Shown here one piece after another: positions 1 through 13,509 of a stretch of DNA of 64,000 nucleotides. Positions within the stretch are counted from its first letter, which is position 1. The number at the start of each line of letters is the position of its first letter. The notes beneath the pieces were generated by a model. It was not told the origin of the DNA. It ran no database searches and worked only from the letters and a program-made list of their open reading frames with translations. Made by a program: the position numbers and the translations under genes. Origin of the DNA: Camelus dromedarius (lineage: Eukaryota); the NCBI RefSeq assembly GCF_036321535.1, contig NC_087437.1, positions 54,810,001 to 54,874,000 on the forward strand. The letters run 5' to 3'.

Positions 1-2599
1 AACTGACTCTTTCATTCTGGGTGAACTATTATATACGAAAAACAGCAGATGAAAACCTGTCCCTTCACACCTGGCCCTCCCACCTCACCGAGCTGGACTT
101 CGTTGAGCTCGTAGTCTCTCTGACAGCGCACCTGTCCAGTGGGCTTTCTGATTTTCTCGCTCCCGGACTTTTCTCTGTCAGCGTTTTCTGTCTATCATGT
201 CTCTTTATCACTGTCTCCCTGCCACTCTCGTCCTTCACCCTTTCCTGGACTTTGTCTCCCACGCCATTGGACTTGACTTCTCTGGCACTTGTCACGTTCT
301 GAGCTTTGTGACACTTGTGGTCAGCCGTGTACTTTCTGCTTCCCTGACTAGACTGGAGACGTGTTAAGGGTGGGGATGTGTTTCTAGGTTTTCCATCGTA
401 TGTAACACCCCAGTACTTGGTATGGGTTAGGCTCTCCGTGGATGTCTGCTGAACACATGAAGACAAAGGGGAGGACAAATTAAACGTGCAACTCTTTTTA
501 AAACAACTCAGTGAAGGAGCGTTACCTGGACTTCCAGGCCATAGTCCCTATGACATTTTCACCTCCCCTTTGCTGTGCTAAATGCAAACAAAATAAAAGC
601 ACTGGTTCTCCAAAGGTTAGAAATGAATGCGATCATTTAGAGGATAATGGGCCACACTGACTACGTTTGACTAACTTTCTGTCTTCCGAGGGAGGTGTGC
701 ATAGGACTCTGCTCGTCTCAGTGTAGCAGCACCTTTGTTCTACTCTGAATTCATGGGGGAAAGAAGAGTTATTGATACAACAAAGCACTTGACTTTTTGT
801 CTCTGATGAGAGACAAGAGGGTCTCACAGAGATTAGGAAACAAAATACATGTTCTGCTGTGTTCTCTGCCTCGGCCCCATGTGCCTTTCAACATGTCCCT
901 GTCCCTTCTGGGCCTTAGTCTCCCCAGATGTAACGTGAGGGAGCTCAAGTAGTTAATTTCCACTGCTTCCTCCAGCCTGGAATTCTCGGATGGGATTGAG
1001 GAGTAATCCCTTCTGGTGACACACGGCCCAGCCTTCAGTTCTTAATTGGCCCTCCATCATGATCACAAGTACCTGATTATTCACGCATTTTTGAATATAT
1101 GAACTGCATAAAGCTGTTCAGTGATGGTGAAAATTGAGTCCTAAATATTCTTATCAGATGTGTATGTAATGTAACCTCTTTAGGATCTCAGCAGAGTGTA
1201 AAACGGTAAGTGAAATACGCACCAAGCGAGAAAGACTCGGAGCATTACGATGAGGGAGCCATACGGTTTGACTTTTATGAGGTCCAGGGATACGGGGCCT
1301 GGAGCTGGAGCCTGTCGTACTGTCTCCGGTTAGGAAACCCAGTGAGGAGGCGCTGTTTTCATTCTTGTATTTCTGTGCTCGCAGAATCCATGATTTCCCT
1401 CAAAACTGGAAAACAAAGTTTCCTGCTAGCCCCTTTGTCCAGGTCATTCTGGCTCCTTACTCATGCCGGTTGTATCTGTAGGTGTGCATACTTTATTATT
1501 CTTTTACTGCAGCAGTGCCACGAAGAGAAATATTTTTACTTTGAAAAAGGTACCCAGAATCCCCCAGTTTCTCAACAGAGAAAATAACACTTACCTCGCA
1601 TAAACTCACTTCAGAAAACATGAATGTAACACTGTTCCCCAAACCACCTTCTCCTCTGCATGCCGGCTGTCCACACAGCAGCTCTCCTGACCTCCTGCTT
1701 CTGGCCCCTCAGACCCTTCCGCCAGCTGGGCTGGGACAGGGATGGGGCTGCTCACGTGGCAAAGCACCAAGAGCTCCTGGTCTCGCTCTGGCATCTGGGA
1801 CTTGGATTCTTGTTCTACCACCGAGCAGCTCTGTGAGTGCTGGAAGGATATTCAACTTCTCTAGATCCTGATTTCCTCATTGGTAAGAGAGGAATGATTG
1901 CATTTACTTTTTGATGTGTCTGGACTATAAGAAAGAATGCATAGAGAGCATGCATCCTGCGATGCCTAGGATGTGCAGGTGTGCGTCCCCTCCTTCAGAT
2001 GGCCTGTGGTCTCTGTTGCTTCACCTGGTTTTTCTCTGTGCTACGCTATTCCTGAGGAATAAGATAGGAAAAATGGCCGGCAACCATTCCTCAGGATCCC
2101 ATCCAATTTAATGAGGCCTGAGATCAGTCCCCAGCAATCCCTGCAGCACTGTGTTGTCAGTTTCCTTGTGTGTTTCTCAGGCTTCTGTTGTTTCATAGTC
2201 TCCATAATGTAGTGTGGGATCCACCAGACCTGGACTCCAGTCCTAACTCTCAGATTAACCTAGTCTTTGACCTAACGAAACTCATTTCCTTCTACATATT
2301 TAAATGACAGTCCTATCCCTTACATCTCACTGGAGCTGCATAGATTATTAATTTATCCTTTTGTTTTTTTGGCTATTGAAGTACAGAGGGCCATCCCTTC
2401 TTGTCTTTCCCTCCTTTCCTAGGATTCACAATTTACATGTTCCCACTGTTACCTCTGAAATAGTCTTCAGGTAACACTTCTCAGCCTGGCTGATGTAGGC
2501 AGCTCTTGAAGGACTGATCTTTCTTCCTGATAATATAATTCAGTGTTCCCCCTTGATAGCTTAGAGTTTACAAAGTATCTTATTCCTTAGTATTGATGT

Positions 2600-2760
2600 C
2601 TCACAATCACTCTCAAAGATGGGGATTCCTATCCACATCTTAGACATGAGGAAACGGGCTGAGAGGTGAAATGGTTTGCTCAGGGGTCCTAAGTAGGTGC
2701 TGCACAGCCTCAACTTCAGGCGCCATCCTTCGTCTCCCAGGCCGGTGTCCTGGCCTTTGT
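2600..2760 (-). mobile_element. MIR
   Basis: atgaggaaacgggctgagaggtgaaatggtttgctcagggg. Confidence 0.6.
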
Positions 2761-3227
2761 TCTCAGTGGAAACGAGACTTCCAACCTGATTTAGGATGTC
2801 TGTGTGCTTATTAGTCCCCAAGCAAATCTGTCTTTTCTTAATGAATATAAATTGAAACTTTCAGACATTTTCTGACGCTTATAGGCTCTACATTCCCTCC
2901 TTCTCCAATCTATTCCTAGTTTTAAATTCCTTGTTAAGATAAAAGGACATTTTACTCCACCGTAGAAATTCACTGTTACCAGTTGCTTCTGCGGAATTCT
3001 TAGGAGAGCACCTCTTTTAATTCTGATGGGCAAGAGAGGTCCACTTGGTAGCTGAAAGCACACTGCCTTGGGTACAATCTCGAGAGGCAATCACTGTAAG
3101 AGAAAGCACACTTGTTTTAATAAGCACCCTTGGTTTTTCTCCCTTCTCTTTAATGGAATGTCATCCCATCCTTACTGACCCACTGAGCTTGTCAGTACAC
3201 GTCCCTGTCATTACTCAAGAACGTAAG

Positions 3228-3405
3228 GGAACAGCATGGTGTAGAAAGAGCGAGCACTGGGCTAGAAGTCAGAAGAGCAGATTTCAAACCCTCCTCTTCC
3301 ACTAATTACTTGATTTTGGAAAAGCACTGCACTTATCTGAACATCTAGTTTATCTTTTATAAAGTATTGAGACAGATCATTTCTAGGGTTCTTTTCCACT
3401 CTAGT
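3228..3405 (+). mobile_element. MIR (MIR3-like)
   Basis: cagcatggtgtagaaagagcgagcactgggctagaagtcagaag at the start and ctagggttcttttccactcta as the tail. Confidence 0.65.
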
Positions 3406-3764
3406 GATTGGTAAGTTCACCAGTATGTTGTTTTCCTTCCTAATTTTGGAATGCTATCCTTCATTGTTTTTATTTCCCAAGGAAATGCTTGTTATATACA
3501 AAATTAGGCTTTGCAGCCACTTACTGAGTACAGACTATGTGAAATACAATTAAATTATCATAGAAGTTTGGAAGAGGGAAACATCCAGAAGAGGACACTA
3601 TGAGTAATGATGGGACAGTCTGAAAGCACAAGCATGCTGAGAATGGGGCATCACCAAGCATCAGTATGCATGAAGGTGAGCAGCTAGAGATGAGGTTGTG
3701 AGGAAGGATGGTTTGTCCTGAGTTTGGAGGATCTCTGTAGTGTGTATGTACTACACGCATGTGT

Positions 3765-3792
3765 ACACACACACACACACACACACACACAC
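3765..3792. repeat. (AC)14 microsatellite
   Basis: Read directly from the sequence. Confidence 0.95.
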
Positions 3793-5107
3793 CCCTCCTC
3801 AGAATCTCCTGACTGTTGCTCTTTTACTTTAGTAAGCAGATAAACTGCCAAGATTAAGTAGATTCTTACGTTTGAGAAGTAACTCCTTTAAAAAGATGGG
3901 GAAAATCAGGGATACCAGCATCTGAGCCATGTGAGGATCATTGGGGGGGTGTAAGAGTTTTATCTCCACTGGTGACTGTGACTTCCTGCAGGACAGAATT
4001 TTTAAATATTTTTTTCTTGAATTTTCAGCCTTAAGCATGGTTCCACCACGGTTCGTTGGTACTCGGTAGTAAATGCTTGTTACACTGAATTGCTGCCTGC
4101 TTGAATTCCTAGGACGGACGGGAGGTAGGTAGGTGGCTTTTCATATATAGAATGACTAGGGGAATTTTTTTTTTTTTTTTAATGAGCTACCAGTAACAAG
4201 ATAAAACCGCCATGAAAGAACCGAAAGCCTGGATCTGTAGTCTGCCTGACCTGACAATTAAAAGAACTTATTACTGTGTCAGCCTGCCAGGTGGATCTCC
4301 TTGCAGTGCAGCGTGAGGCGCATCTGAGCGCGATTCAAGTGCAGGCTTCCTTTTCTCCCCACTTTGTGTTTGTTGAGCTTGGGAAAGAAGCAGTTTTATG
4401 TGAACTAAACCCACTCATCTCAAGTATGTTTAATGACAGCAGTATGTGACAGATAAAATAAAATCCTACCGCCTCATTTGATGTTTGTTTTAATTTCAGA
4501 CCTTAATGAAAGGAGGCAGAGGAGATAAAACAATGTGGCTCAAAGGGAGGGGTTTAAAACAAATTATCTCCGATCACAAACCTGTCCGTTTCTCTCCAGG
4601 GAAATTTGAGAGGTCAAATAATACAAACCCTTCTAGTAGTAGCTGAGATTTATAGAGTGCTTGGCAGCTTGTAGAGCGGCTTTCTGTTCATATCTCATCC
4701 CATCCTGACATCAAGTCTGTGAGTTTGCCTGGCCAGAAATCACTGTCCGCTTACTACATACAGCGTTGAATGGATTGCTCCCAAACCCCTATTTCTAAAC
4801 TGGTTCTGTTGATTCTGACTTTGATTTTGAATCCAATGACGCCTCCAATTTTCCATGCTGGCCCAGCAGTCAAATAATGTGTGCAGTACATTGAAGGCAT
4901 CCTGTTCCTTAACTTTATTGAAACACTTATATGAATGGAGTATGCACATAAATCCTCAACACAACATCCCCCAAATCAGAAGTACGTAGGCTAGAGCTTC
5001 AGAGTCATTCCTCACTTACCACCCTATTTATTTCTTCTCTAACTACACCAACTCCACACTTTCTTCATAAAGTAATCACTGTAGTCTTGTACATTTTCCC
5101 AGCTTTT

Positions 5108-5357
5108 TTTTTAAGGTGTTATTATCAGCACTTTTATTTTTTTTATCTTTATTTCTTGTCTTTCTCTGTGATTTATTTCACTGAGCATAGTCCATCCATG
5201 TTGTTGCAAATGGCAGATTTTCATTCTTTTCATATTTTTTTATGACTAATTGTATATTACATATATATACCACATCTTCTTTATCTATTCATCTGTTGAT
5301 GGGCACTAAGTTGCTTCCATATCTTGGCTATTGTAAATAGTGCTGGTGTGAACATTG
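5108..5357 (-). mobile_element. Short L1-derived insertion with 16-bp TSD
   Basis: L1 antisense motifs include tccatccatgttgttgcaaatggc, cacatcttctttatctattcatctgttgatgggcac and ttgcttccatatcttggctattgtaaatagtgctg. The TSD is cattttcccagctttt (5092-5107) / catcttcccagctttt (5358-5373). Confidence 0.85.
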
Positions 5358-5374
5358 CATCTTCCCAGCTTTTA

Positions 5375-5700
5375 CTGCTGGGTTAGTATATACGGCTACA
5401 GCTATACAAGTAACATTTATTCTAGACATCAGTGGTATATTATCACTTATCTCCAGTTTGCTCTTTTCCTTCTAGATCTTTTTATGTCAGTAAATAGGGA
5501 TTTGCCATATTGGTTTTTAACACCTGTATGCTCCATAGTTGGAATGTGCCACCACGGACCTCTTCTGCGCTGATGGGCATTCAGGATGGGCTCCACCTCT
5601 TCTTTGTTACAAATAATGTTGAGATGAGCTTCCTTGCATGCATGTCTTTGATTTTGTGCGAATCCAGAATGAAATGTCCAGAATTGGAATTGCTGTTTTT
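5375..5700 (-). mobile_element. Old L1 (L1MC/L1ME-like) 3' fragment
   Basis: Degenerate L1 antisense motifs: ctgatgggcattcagg, gttacaaataatgttgagatgagc, ccagaattggaattgctg. Confidence 0.55.
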
Positions 5701-8700
5701 TGAGGTTTATCTGAAGTCCCTTTCAACCACTGTCCCAATGTTAGTATCCTCAGATTAGCTCATGTCATAGACCCAAGCTTCCACTCAGTTGTTCAGGGAT
5801 GTGTTTTTCAGACCAATCTAGACACTTCTCTAAACAGACACTTGTGGCCAGGAGAGTAAGTGTTGGGGAGGTGGTTTTCCATGGCTCTGTGGTTTGGATA
5901 CAGGCGGTGCTCTCCGTGGAAGAAGAGCAGGGTATTCTTGTGACAGTTTTGTTTACTTAAAACAGTCACATTCTTCATTCGTCTCGAATAAGGTACTTAA
6001 TGCAGTAAAAATATCTACCATAATTAAAAATGCAAATGGTGCCATGCACTAAAAAATACCGTTAGCTTATTCTTTGTTAAGAAGTACGTATTTTGCATAA
6101 CCAAGCTTGAAAAAATGTGATTAAACTTAGAATATGATTAAACTTTCTGTACCAATTGTATGATATGAATGTCCAGAGAGTCAGTTCTGCCTCCCAAGCC
6201 ATCCTGTTTTTTTCCACATTTTCTCACTGCTTCCTTTGGAAGGTAATTAATAGGGGCTAAAATCTGAGAATGTGGGTATGGAAGAGAACGGAGCTCTTAC
6301 ATGGTATTATAGATTTGCAGAAAAGCGTTCTCACAGGTATTTCCCACATCACAGATAATGTGTTGCAAGCAGAGACACAAAATAAACTGTCCCTTCCCCA
6401 TCCTTCTCTTTTCTTTTTCATCATGAAAAGGCTTAGTTATTTTTAAAACCATAACATATGATATGGGTCAGAATTGTGTTTGCCTAAGTTCTTTTAAAAT
6501 AAAGAAATTGTTTCTCAGATTTGTTGTCTGTAGGTCCCTTCCGGTTGCAGGAAGCCAAGATGTGCTTAAAGTTACCTCAGTTGATATTAGATGATGAGAA
6601 TTTATAGTAAGGATGCAAAGAGAAGGAGAGAAGTCCAAAAACCATGTCAGCAGCCAGACAACCAGGCCCCGTGGAAACTTGGAAGATCACAGAGGACATG
6701 CCGGTAGCTGATTTTGTCATCCCTTCCAAGTAAACACCCTGTGTTTCTCAATCCGGCGAGTCTCCATTCCAGAGACTTAGCTTCACTCAGGTTTCTCTCT
6801 GTTTCCTGCTGCTGCTGCTGTTGGTGATTCTGTTTAGACTTTTTCTGGACACTATGATGTTCACGATGCAACGCCGCCTCCCGCTTTAGGGCTTCCTCAT
6901 ACAGCTCTGTGTATGTCTTGCTTTTGCTTCATTCTATTTCTGCTACCAACTGTTCTTTCTCTGTATGCCCTGCACTCAAAGCAGTGGGACCCAGTATTTT
7001 ACCTGGTTCCTGTCCAGTACAAACTGGGAAGGACTTCTTCCTCCAGCACATCTCATGGAGCTGGCTTTGGTTCAATCTCTGATCCAGTGTGTTGTGGGCC
7101 GGATTCAGAATTACCTGTTTACAAAGCTGTGGTAATGAACTTATTAAAAACAAACAAACAACTTTTTGAGGCTCTCGCCTTACACAGAGCTGTGGGTGTG
7201 GTAGAGACTCAGCGCTGTATGCACTCCTCACCGTAGTGCAGTTTTAACTCAACCAAATGGAAGGGGTTGAAGACGTAGCATGCAAGTCCACATGCCCAAG
7301 AGACATTCAGAAGACTTAGATGCTGGTCCTCATGTTACTCTAACCAGCAGTGGAATTTCTTTGAGTTTAGCTCTCATTTCTAAGTTTTAGTTTTTTCCAT
7401 TTTTTTCAAGAAGTTTGCTGTAAAAAAGGAAAAAGCTAGCTTAAGAGAAGGGGAGACTAAGGCTAAGTGCCCATTGTTTTCCTCCCCCAAGTAAAAGTGA
7501 GACCTGTGCTCACATGGGAAGGCATTGGTGGGGTGGGAGCCGTGGAACATATTAATGAATGTGCAGAGGGGGTGAATGAGGGAAGCGGGTTCTGGAAGAC
7601 ACGGTAAGGGCTGGAATCAAGAACATGGCTAGAGAGATGTGGTTGGCGTGGAGACTGGGCATTCTTTCCTGTGTTCCTGTAGAGAGAGACAAGTATGGCT
7701 GTGGAAATAGAGAAGGCGTGACTAGGGGAGAACATTTATACTACAGAGCCTCACTCTTCTTGGAAGTAGGGAGGGAAGTTATGTGTGGAAAGAGGGCATG
7801 GAAGTGTGTGAGGTGAAGGACATTTAGATGGACCCCTGGATATGCAGTGAAGGGATCCATGGAAAGGTTGTGGTGTAGCATTGAGGCCCACTTGAAATCT
7901 AATGACCATGTCTGCAGAGTGTCTTGGCTTTCTCAAGAATCTGTACACTCCCAGAGCTACCAAAAAAAAAAAGAGAAGAAGAAGAGGAAGAGGAAGACAT
8001 TGTGAGTGACTGAGTTAAAGGCTAGCAGAAAGTCTGGGTGAAAAACAAGGGAACAAGGCTCCTTGAGAATTCACTGTTGTGATTTCAGGGAACACAATAA
8101 ATACACACAATGGCTTCTCTACCCGTGTTCAGAAGCCACTGAGGAATAGAGGAATCAGACAGACGGAGCCCACAATGTCAGCCTCGTGATGGATAAAAGC
8201 ACCGGGGACGACTGGCTCTGGCTTTAGGTCCAAGGGAATTACTCCTGCTTTACCTCCGCGTAGACAGATTTGCCCTTTGATAGTGGTCAGCACTGGTCAC
8301 CTGCAGCTGCTCCTGCGGTGGGGCTTTCTTTTACCACCTGCCCCCCTCCCCCTAAACAATTTATAGTCTGAAGAATTAGAGAAGGCATGATCTTGCAGGC
8401 AGCAGATTCTAGTGGGACTCTGAAAGGGGCTGCACCGTGCCTGCCCTGTTTCTTTCCTCAGAGTCCCCAGTCAGTTCAGTCGCTGCTCCTTGTCAGGAGA
8501 AGAATGAGTCGGGCAGAGACTGATGCTATGAGTGTTTCTCCACAGAAGGTCCCTCCACGTGGAAGACTCGCGAGCAGGGACTGAACCTCCCCCTTCATTT
8601 AGTGATGGCAGTTGCGGATGGGGCTTTAAGGGACTAGACAAGGTGGAGCGACTTCATAAAAGCGGAGAGACTCCCAGTGGCTGAAGCGAAGATGATTAAA

Positions 8701-11410
8701 AGGGGCACCTGTTCTGGAGGTGGTGTTGTGAGGGGTGGAGGTGAGGTCTGGAATGTCGCTGGGTGGTGCTGCTGAGCAGACACGAGTGGCCAGTGGGGTA
8801 GGAAAGAGGGAGGAACTATGAAGTCAGGGTGAACCAGCAATCTGCGGTGGGGTTCCTCCCCCGACACTTGCAAGTTGGCAGGTTCTGTCACGTGGAGATC
8901 TTCTCTCATTTTCCTGCTGCCTCTGCCTCTGCCACGGGCTCCGTGTTCGTGTTCCCCTTGTGCTCAGTTTTCACTGTGGTTTCAAAACCTGTGTATCTCT
9001 GACACTGCTGGGTAGCAAAGTCACCAATTTTTTTATGTTTGCTGAAAGGCGGTGCAGACAGTATGATTTTACCTAATGTTCCAGTTTATACAAATCTCGC
9101 GTGGGCTTGCCTCCAACGGCGGTGTCACCTCACAGCCTGGTCCCCTTGTCTGCAATAAGATGTGTCTACTTTCATAGACTTTAAAGTGAGTTTGTAAAAT
9201 AGTCATTTTGGCTGATCCAGACATTAGAAGAAATGCTTAGGTTCTGATGTGCAGTCTCGGTGAAATGTAGCTAGCATCTAAAATGGAAATTTTCCCATAA
9301 GAGCATGATTAATAAAGGAAATTACTGTCATTACTAAAGATTTGTATTTCAAGTAGTGTTCACATCTTAATGACTCTTTAGGGTGTACAAGAACAACTTT
9401 TGATATTTGCCTTTTTTACAGAATGTAGAGCTAACAGCCAAAGAGGTTTAGTCAAAGCTCATATAGTAATATCCTTGCAGGAGAAACTGGCTCCCCTGAC
9501 ACTTCCGCATTATTAACTCCATCGTGTGAAACGGCAAGTTCCTCACCGATGGAGTGTGCCCCTTCACACACAGACACACCTGTGAATGTACACCTATGTG
9601 CAGAGGGCAAGTAAGTTCCTGTCCAAGTAAACCTTTCTTCGGAATGCCAATATTTTTTAAAAGGGATGAGTTAGCAAGACATACACACTTTGCAAATTTC
9701 CGATGAGGAGAATCAGCACAGTGGGGAGCCCCTTAGAAAACAACTGTGAGACAGCCTTAGGGCTTTGACACCTCGCAAAGAGTTGCATTTTATTTCTGTC
9801 CATTCAAAGCAAAAATTTCTAGTAGTATTTTTTGAAAATGATGAATAGAATTTTTATTTGTTCACAAATAGGTTATCGAGTGCATCATGTGTCTTATGGA
9901 TTGTGGGAAGATAATCAAAAAACCAAATAGAATAAGACATATTTGATATTAAAGTAATTGAAAGCAAGCAACATTTGATGACTCCAAAGAGACTTTTACT
10001 ATGCCTTAAGGTTACTTCTATAAATACATATTATTGGAAAATGTATAGGAGTTCCTTTACCCACAGACTTTCAGACTTTTGCAGATGTGGGTGAACCTGT
10101 TTGCCAGAATGTGCAAATCGTCTCCACCTGCCACTCAGAGATGGTGTGGGTAGGGGATTGGGTACCATCACTTGGAGTTTAGAGACAAAGGGATTTAGGA
10201 ATGGCATCTAGTTCTTAACCTCTGTATGAGGATGGGAATTTTTACAGTGTAGTTAAATAGAACTTTTCATGTGATAGAAAAATGGATTCCCAAGGTTTAA
10301 ATTTATATTCTCAATAACTTTTTAAGTAGCCAAGATCTTTGATGAGGACAAATTACAGAAGTAAACAATTGCATTTCTTTTCAGTCTTCCTCTATAAGAC
10401 AATATGAAGGGCCTTACACCTTGATTGCTTTTCCTAATAAGTATGTTAGAATTTTACAGGTGATTTTGAATCAGGACTCCACAAACAACTTTACTGTACT
10501 TTGAGGGATTTCACATGTAAAAGAACATTGTTTTGAAAATGAGCGTTGATGGGTACTGTGCTCTTTTTACTGTGCCATATTTCATATGTTAGGTTTACTA
10601 GCTATTTCTTGTAACCTCACCAAATAACTCAGAATTTTTTTTTTTAATCTCAATTTAATCAGCCTAAGAATAATGATCAAATCCTGGTACCATCACAGTC
10701 ACATCTCTGAACGTGTTGTATGTGTTGTTTTTGACTCCTCTTCCCCCACCATACCTACCACACCCCTGGATTTTTTGGTTTAGTGCAAAAAGTCCAGCTC
10801 TCTCTTTATGTAAATTACATCAAGATTGCCACTAATCATATTCGGGAAGCTAACGATAATATATGCTTGAGTTGTGGTTTTTTTATTTTTTAATATCATG
10901 CTGTGAGATAGATGTCAAATCAGATCTCCTTTTTGTTTTTAATTAGTCAGTGACATTTATTTAGTGCCTACTAAGCTCAGAGCAATAGGGTGAAGAGTAG
11001 GGAAGGGCAGAAAGTAGATCTAACCAAATGGTCTGCCATCTCCAGAAGAGCTGCCTGTGTCTTTATGGATACAGAAAACAGATAAATGAAAGGATTAAGA
11101 AAACTTAAGAGCAAAATCTAAATGAGTGCAAATTGGTCTGGGAAAAACTGAGTTATATAAATGCAAAGAGTATGCAAATTAAGACAACTTGAAGTTCAGT
11201 ATTTAAAACTGGTGTCTTTCTACTTTTATTTTTATAATACTTTGCCATGAGAATTGTTAGAATTCTATACATCATACACAGTGAGGGATATTTCCTGGTT
11301 CAGTTGTGTCATTTAGAAAAGCAAACCTAATTCTTGAGATTTTATGGAGAACTGAAGTTGTAGACTTTCACGAGTCCCTGTTAATCTTTTCTCATCATCA
11401 TTAAAACTCA

Positions 11411-11770
11411 GTGTGTAACCTTAGACAAGTTACTTAACCTCTCTGTCCCTCAGTTTTCACATCTGTAAAATGGGGATGATAGTAAGACCTATCTCATAGA
11501 ATTGTTAGGAGTATTAAATGTATAAAACTCAATTTCTTCTATTTTATGAAACACCCTTTTTTTCCCATGGTTTAATTTCCTTGAGATTGATATGTAATTG
11601 ATTTGATAAAAAAAAATCACTGTTACAGATTAATGGGCACTGATTATTTCTTTCTTAGTAAAAAAATAATAATGTATCTTAAAATAAAAGGCGTCGTATT
11701 GCATGTGTGAAGTGCTTATTAGAACAGAGCCTGGCCCACAGTAGGCCTTATAATGATACTGTTATCACTG
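11411..11770 (+). mobile_element. MIR split by an about 180-bp insert (11521-11700)
   Basis: The MIR core gtgtgtaaccttagacaagttacttaacctctctgtccctcagttttcacatctgtaaaatggggatgat...attaaatg stops at about 11520. It resumes at about 11701 with catgtgtgaagtgcttattagaacagagcctggcccacagtagg. Confidence 0.8.
11521..11700. mobile_element. Probable non-autonomous TcMar DNA transposon (MER104-like)
   Basis: tttctttcttagtaaaaaaataataatgtatcttaaaataaaaggcgtc resembles the recalled MER104 3' half. The size is about 180 bp. Confidence 0.5.
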
Positions 11771-11789
11771 TCTGAATACCATGGTTGTA

Positions 11790-11970
11790 GTTTGTAAGAC
11801 TTTTGCACCTAACCTCATTGATTTCTGCACTATGAGGCAGATATGCTTCTGATTCCTGATTTTCATTTGAGGAAATCGAGCCTGGAATATTTGCCAGAGA
11901 TCACACAACTGGTAAGTGAAAGACCTAGGTCATGAAGTCAGGTTGTTTTATTTATACTACAGTTATCTCA
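11790..11970 (-). mobile_element. MIR
   Basis: Motifs tttgaggaaatcgagcct and ttgccagagatcacacaactggtaagtg. Confidence 0.65.
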
Positions 11971-13509
11971 CCTTTACTGAGTCCTGTGACGTATGAACTC
12001 TGGGTTCGAAGGATGAGAGGTAACCAAGGCAGATGAGGTTTTTGCTCTGACTGACCTTAAATGCTGAAGAGAGGTTAGGGGAACGTAAGACGTGAAAGAG
12101 TCAGTAAACAAATTGAGACAGTGAAACAGGATAAAAGGTGCAGATGGGAGTATCCGGAATGATGTTTGCCAGGAAGGTTAGGCAGTGCTTCTCTGAGGAG
12201 CTGGCTTCTGAAGGGACACCTCAGTGTCGAGTTGAGAACTTGCACTTGCAGAACAATGTGTGTGCCTGAGACAGGAATGAACTTGGATCCTTTAAGGAAC
12301 TGGGGTGGGCCGGGGAATCGATGCCTACAGTCAGTCCTAAGGTATAACTGTGATTTTAGGCTTCAGATTGCAGGTGCTGAGTTTTGTCTCTCAGGAGTCA
12401 AGGGTTTGGGTCTTCTTTACCATATCTGATAAGCTTGTAGGTTTTGAGTGCTTTAGGGTGGTTCTTACAGTCCAGAGAGGGATGTGACGTCGTAGATTGT
12501 TTTATCCTCTTTTCTAGATGAGTACACTGAAGAACAAGACATGAAACGACTTCCCCTAGTTAGTTCTCTAACGTTGTACAGTACTACTGACATCTGGTTG
12601 ACTCACATATGTACACCTAGGGTCAGTTTTGGAGGATTTTTAGAAGTCTAAAATCTTCCTAGTGGAAATTTTTAATACTACGAATCCTTAAGTGGTAATT
12701 TTTCACAGTGTACAGAATTGTTCCAATAAAATAAATCATTAGTGATTTTTTTCCACTTCTGTGGTCCTTTGGTGTTGCCTGTCTTGGTATCAGCTATTTA
12801 GAAATATCAGTTCTGTCTTGAAATAGCCCATTAAGTAATGACTCATGTCAGCCAAGAGTTTATTTCCCTTTTCATGATTATCAACACCTGTTTAATCTGA
12901 TCACATTTAAAAAAAAAAACAAACTGATGATCGATTTATTTCCAAACGTAACTTTTAGCACCAGTATTTGGTGCTGGCATCATCCACACACATAACTCTA
13001 AATCCGACTTCAGCAATGGCGTGCATCTTTCTAAGTCAGACACCATTAATGGTGTTGATTTGGGAGGACACGTTCTTTTGGGATCCTATCCACATGATCT
13101 TGGGTAATTCATTTCTTTTACTGAGACTAATTCCTTATTTATAAAATGTTGATGTTGAAATAAATGAATTTTCTGGCTGTATGATTTGTGATATCACTAT
13201 TAATTTACTTACTGAGAAGCATCATATAAATTGGTCATTTGTAGAAAGTGGTTCAGTGGCTAAGAATCTGGCATAACATTTCTATTAAATCTCAGCTGAT
13301 ATAACTGAGTATCTTCTAGGGACCAGGCTCCACAATAGGGATGCAAGCATATAAGACCTCTGTCCTGGAACTGAGAGGTTAAGCTACAGTGAAAATTATA
13401 GATTGGTAACTCCAATTTTTTTGTAATAGATTTTTTTTGGTACGTGATTCACTTACTGCTATGTAAGTCACCAACTCAAATTATTTTTAAAGGGGATGAT
13501 TACTACATA

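Noticed and set aside
6647..6871. Minus-strand ORF with a short poly-Gln run
   Set aside because: Only a (CTG)5-scale microsatellite in intronic DNA, with no other coding evidence.
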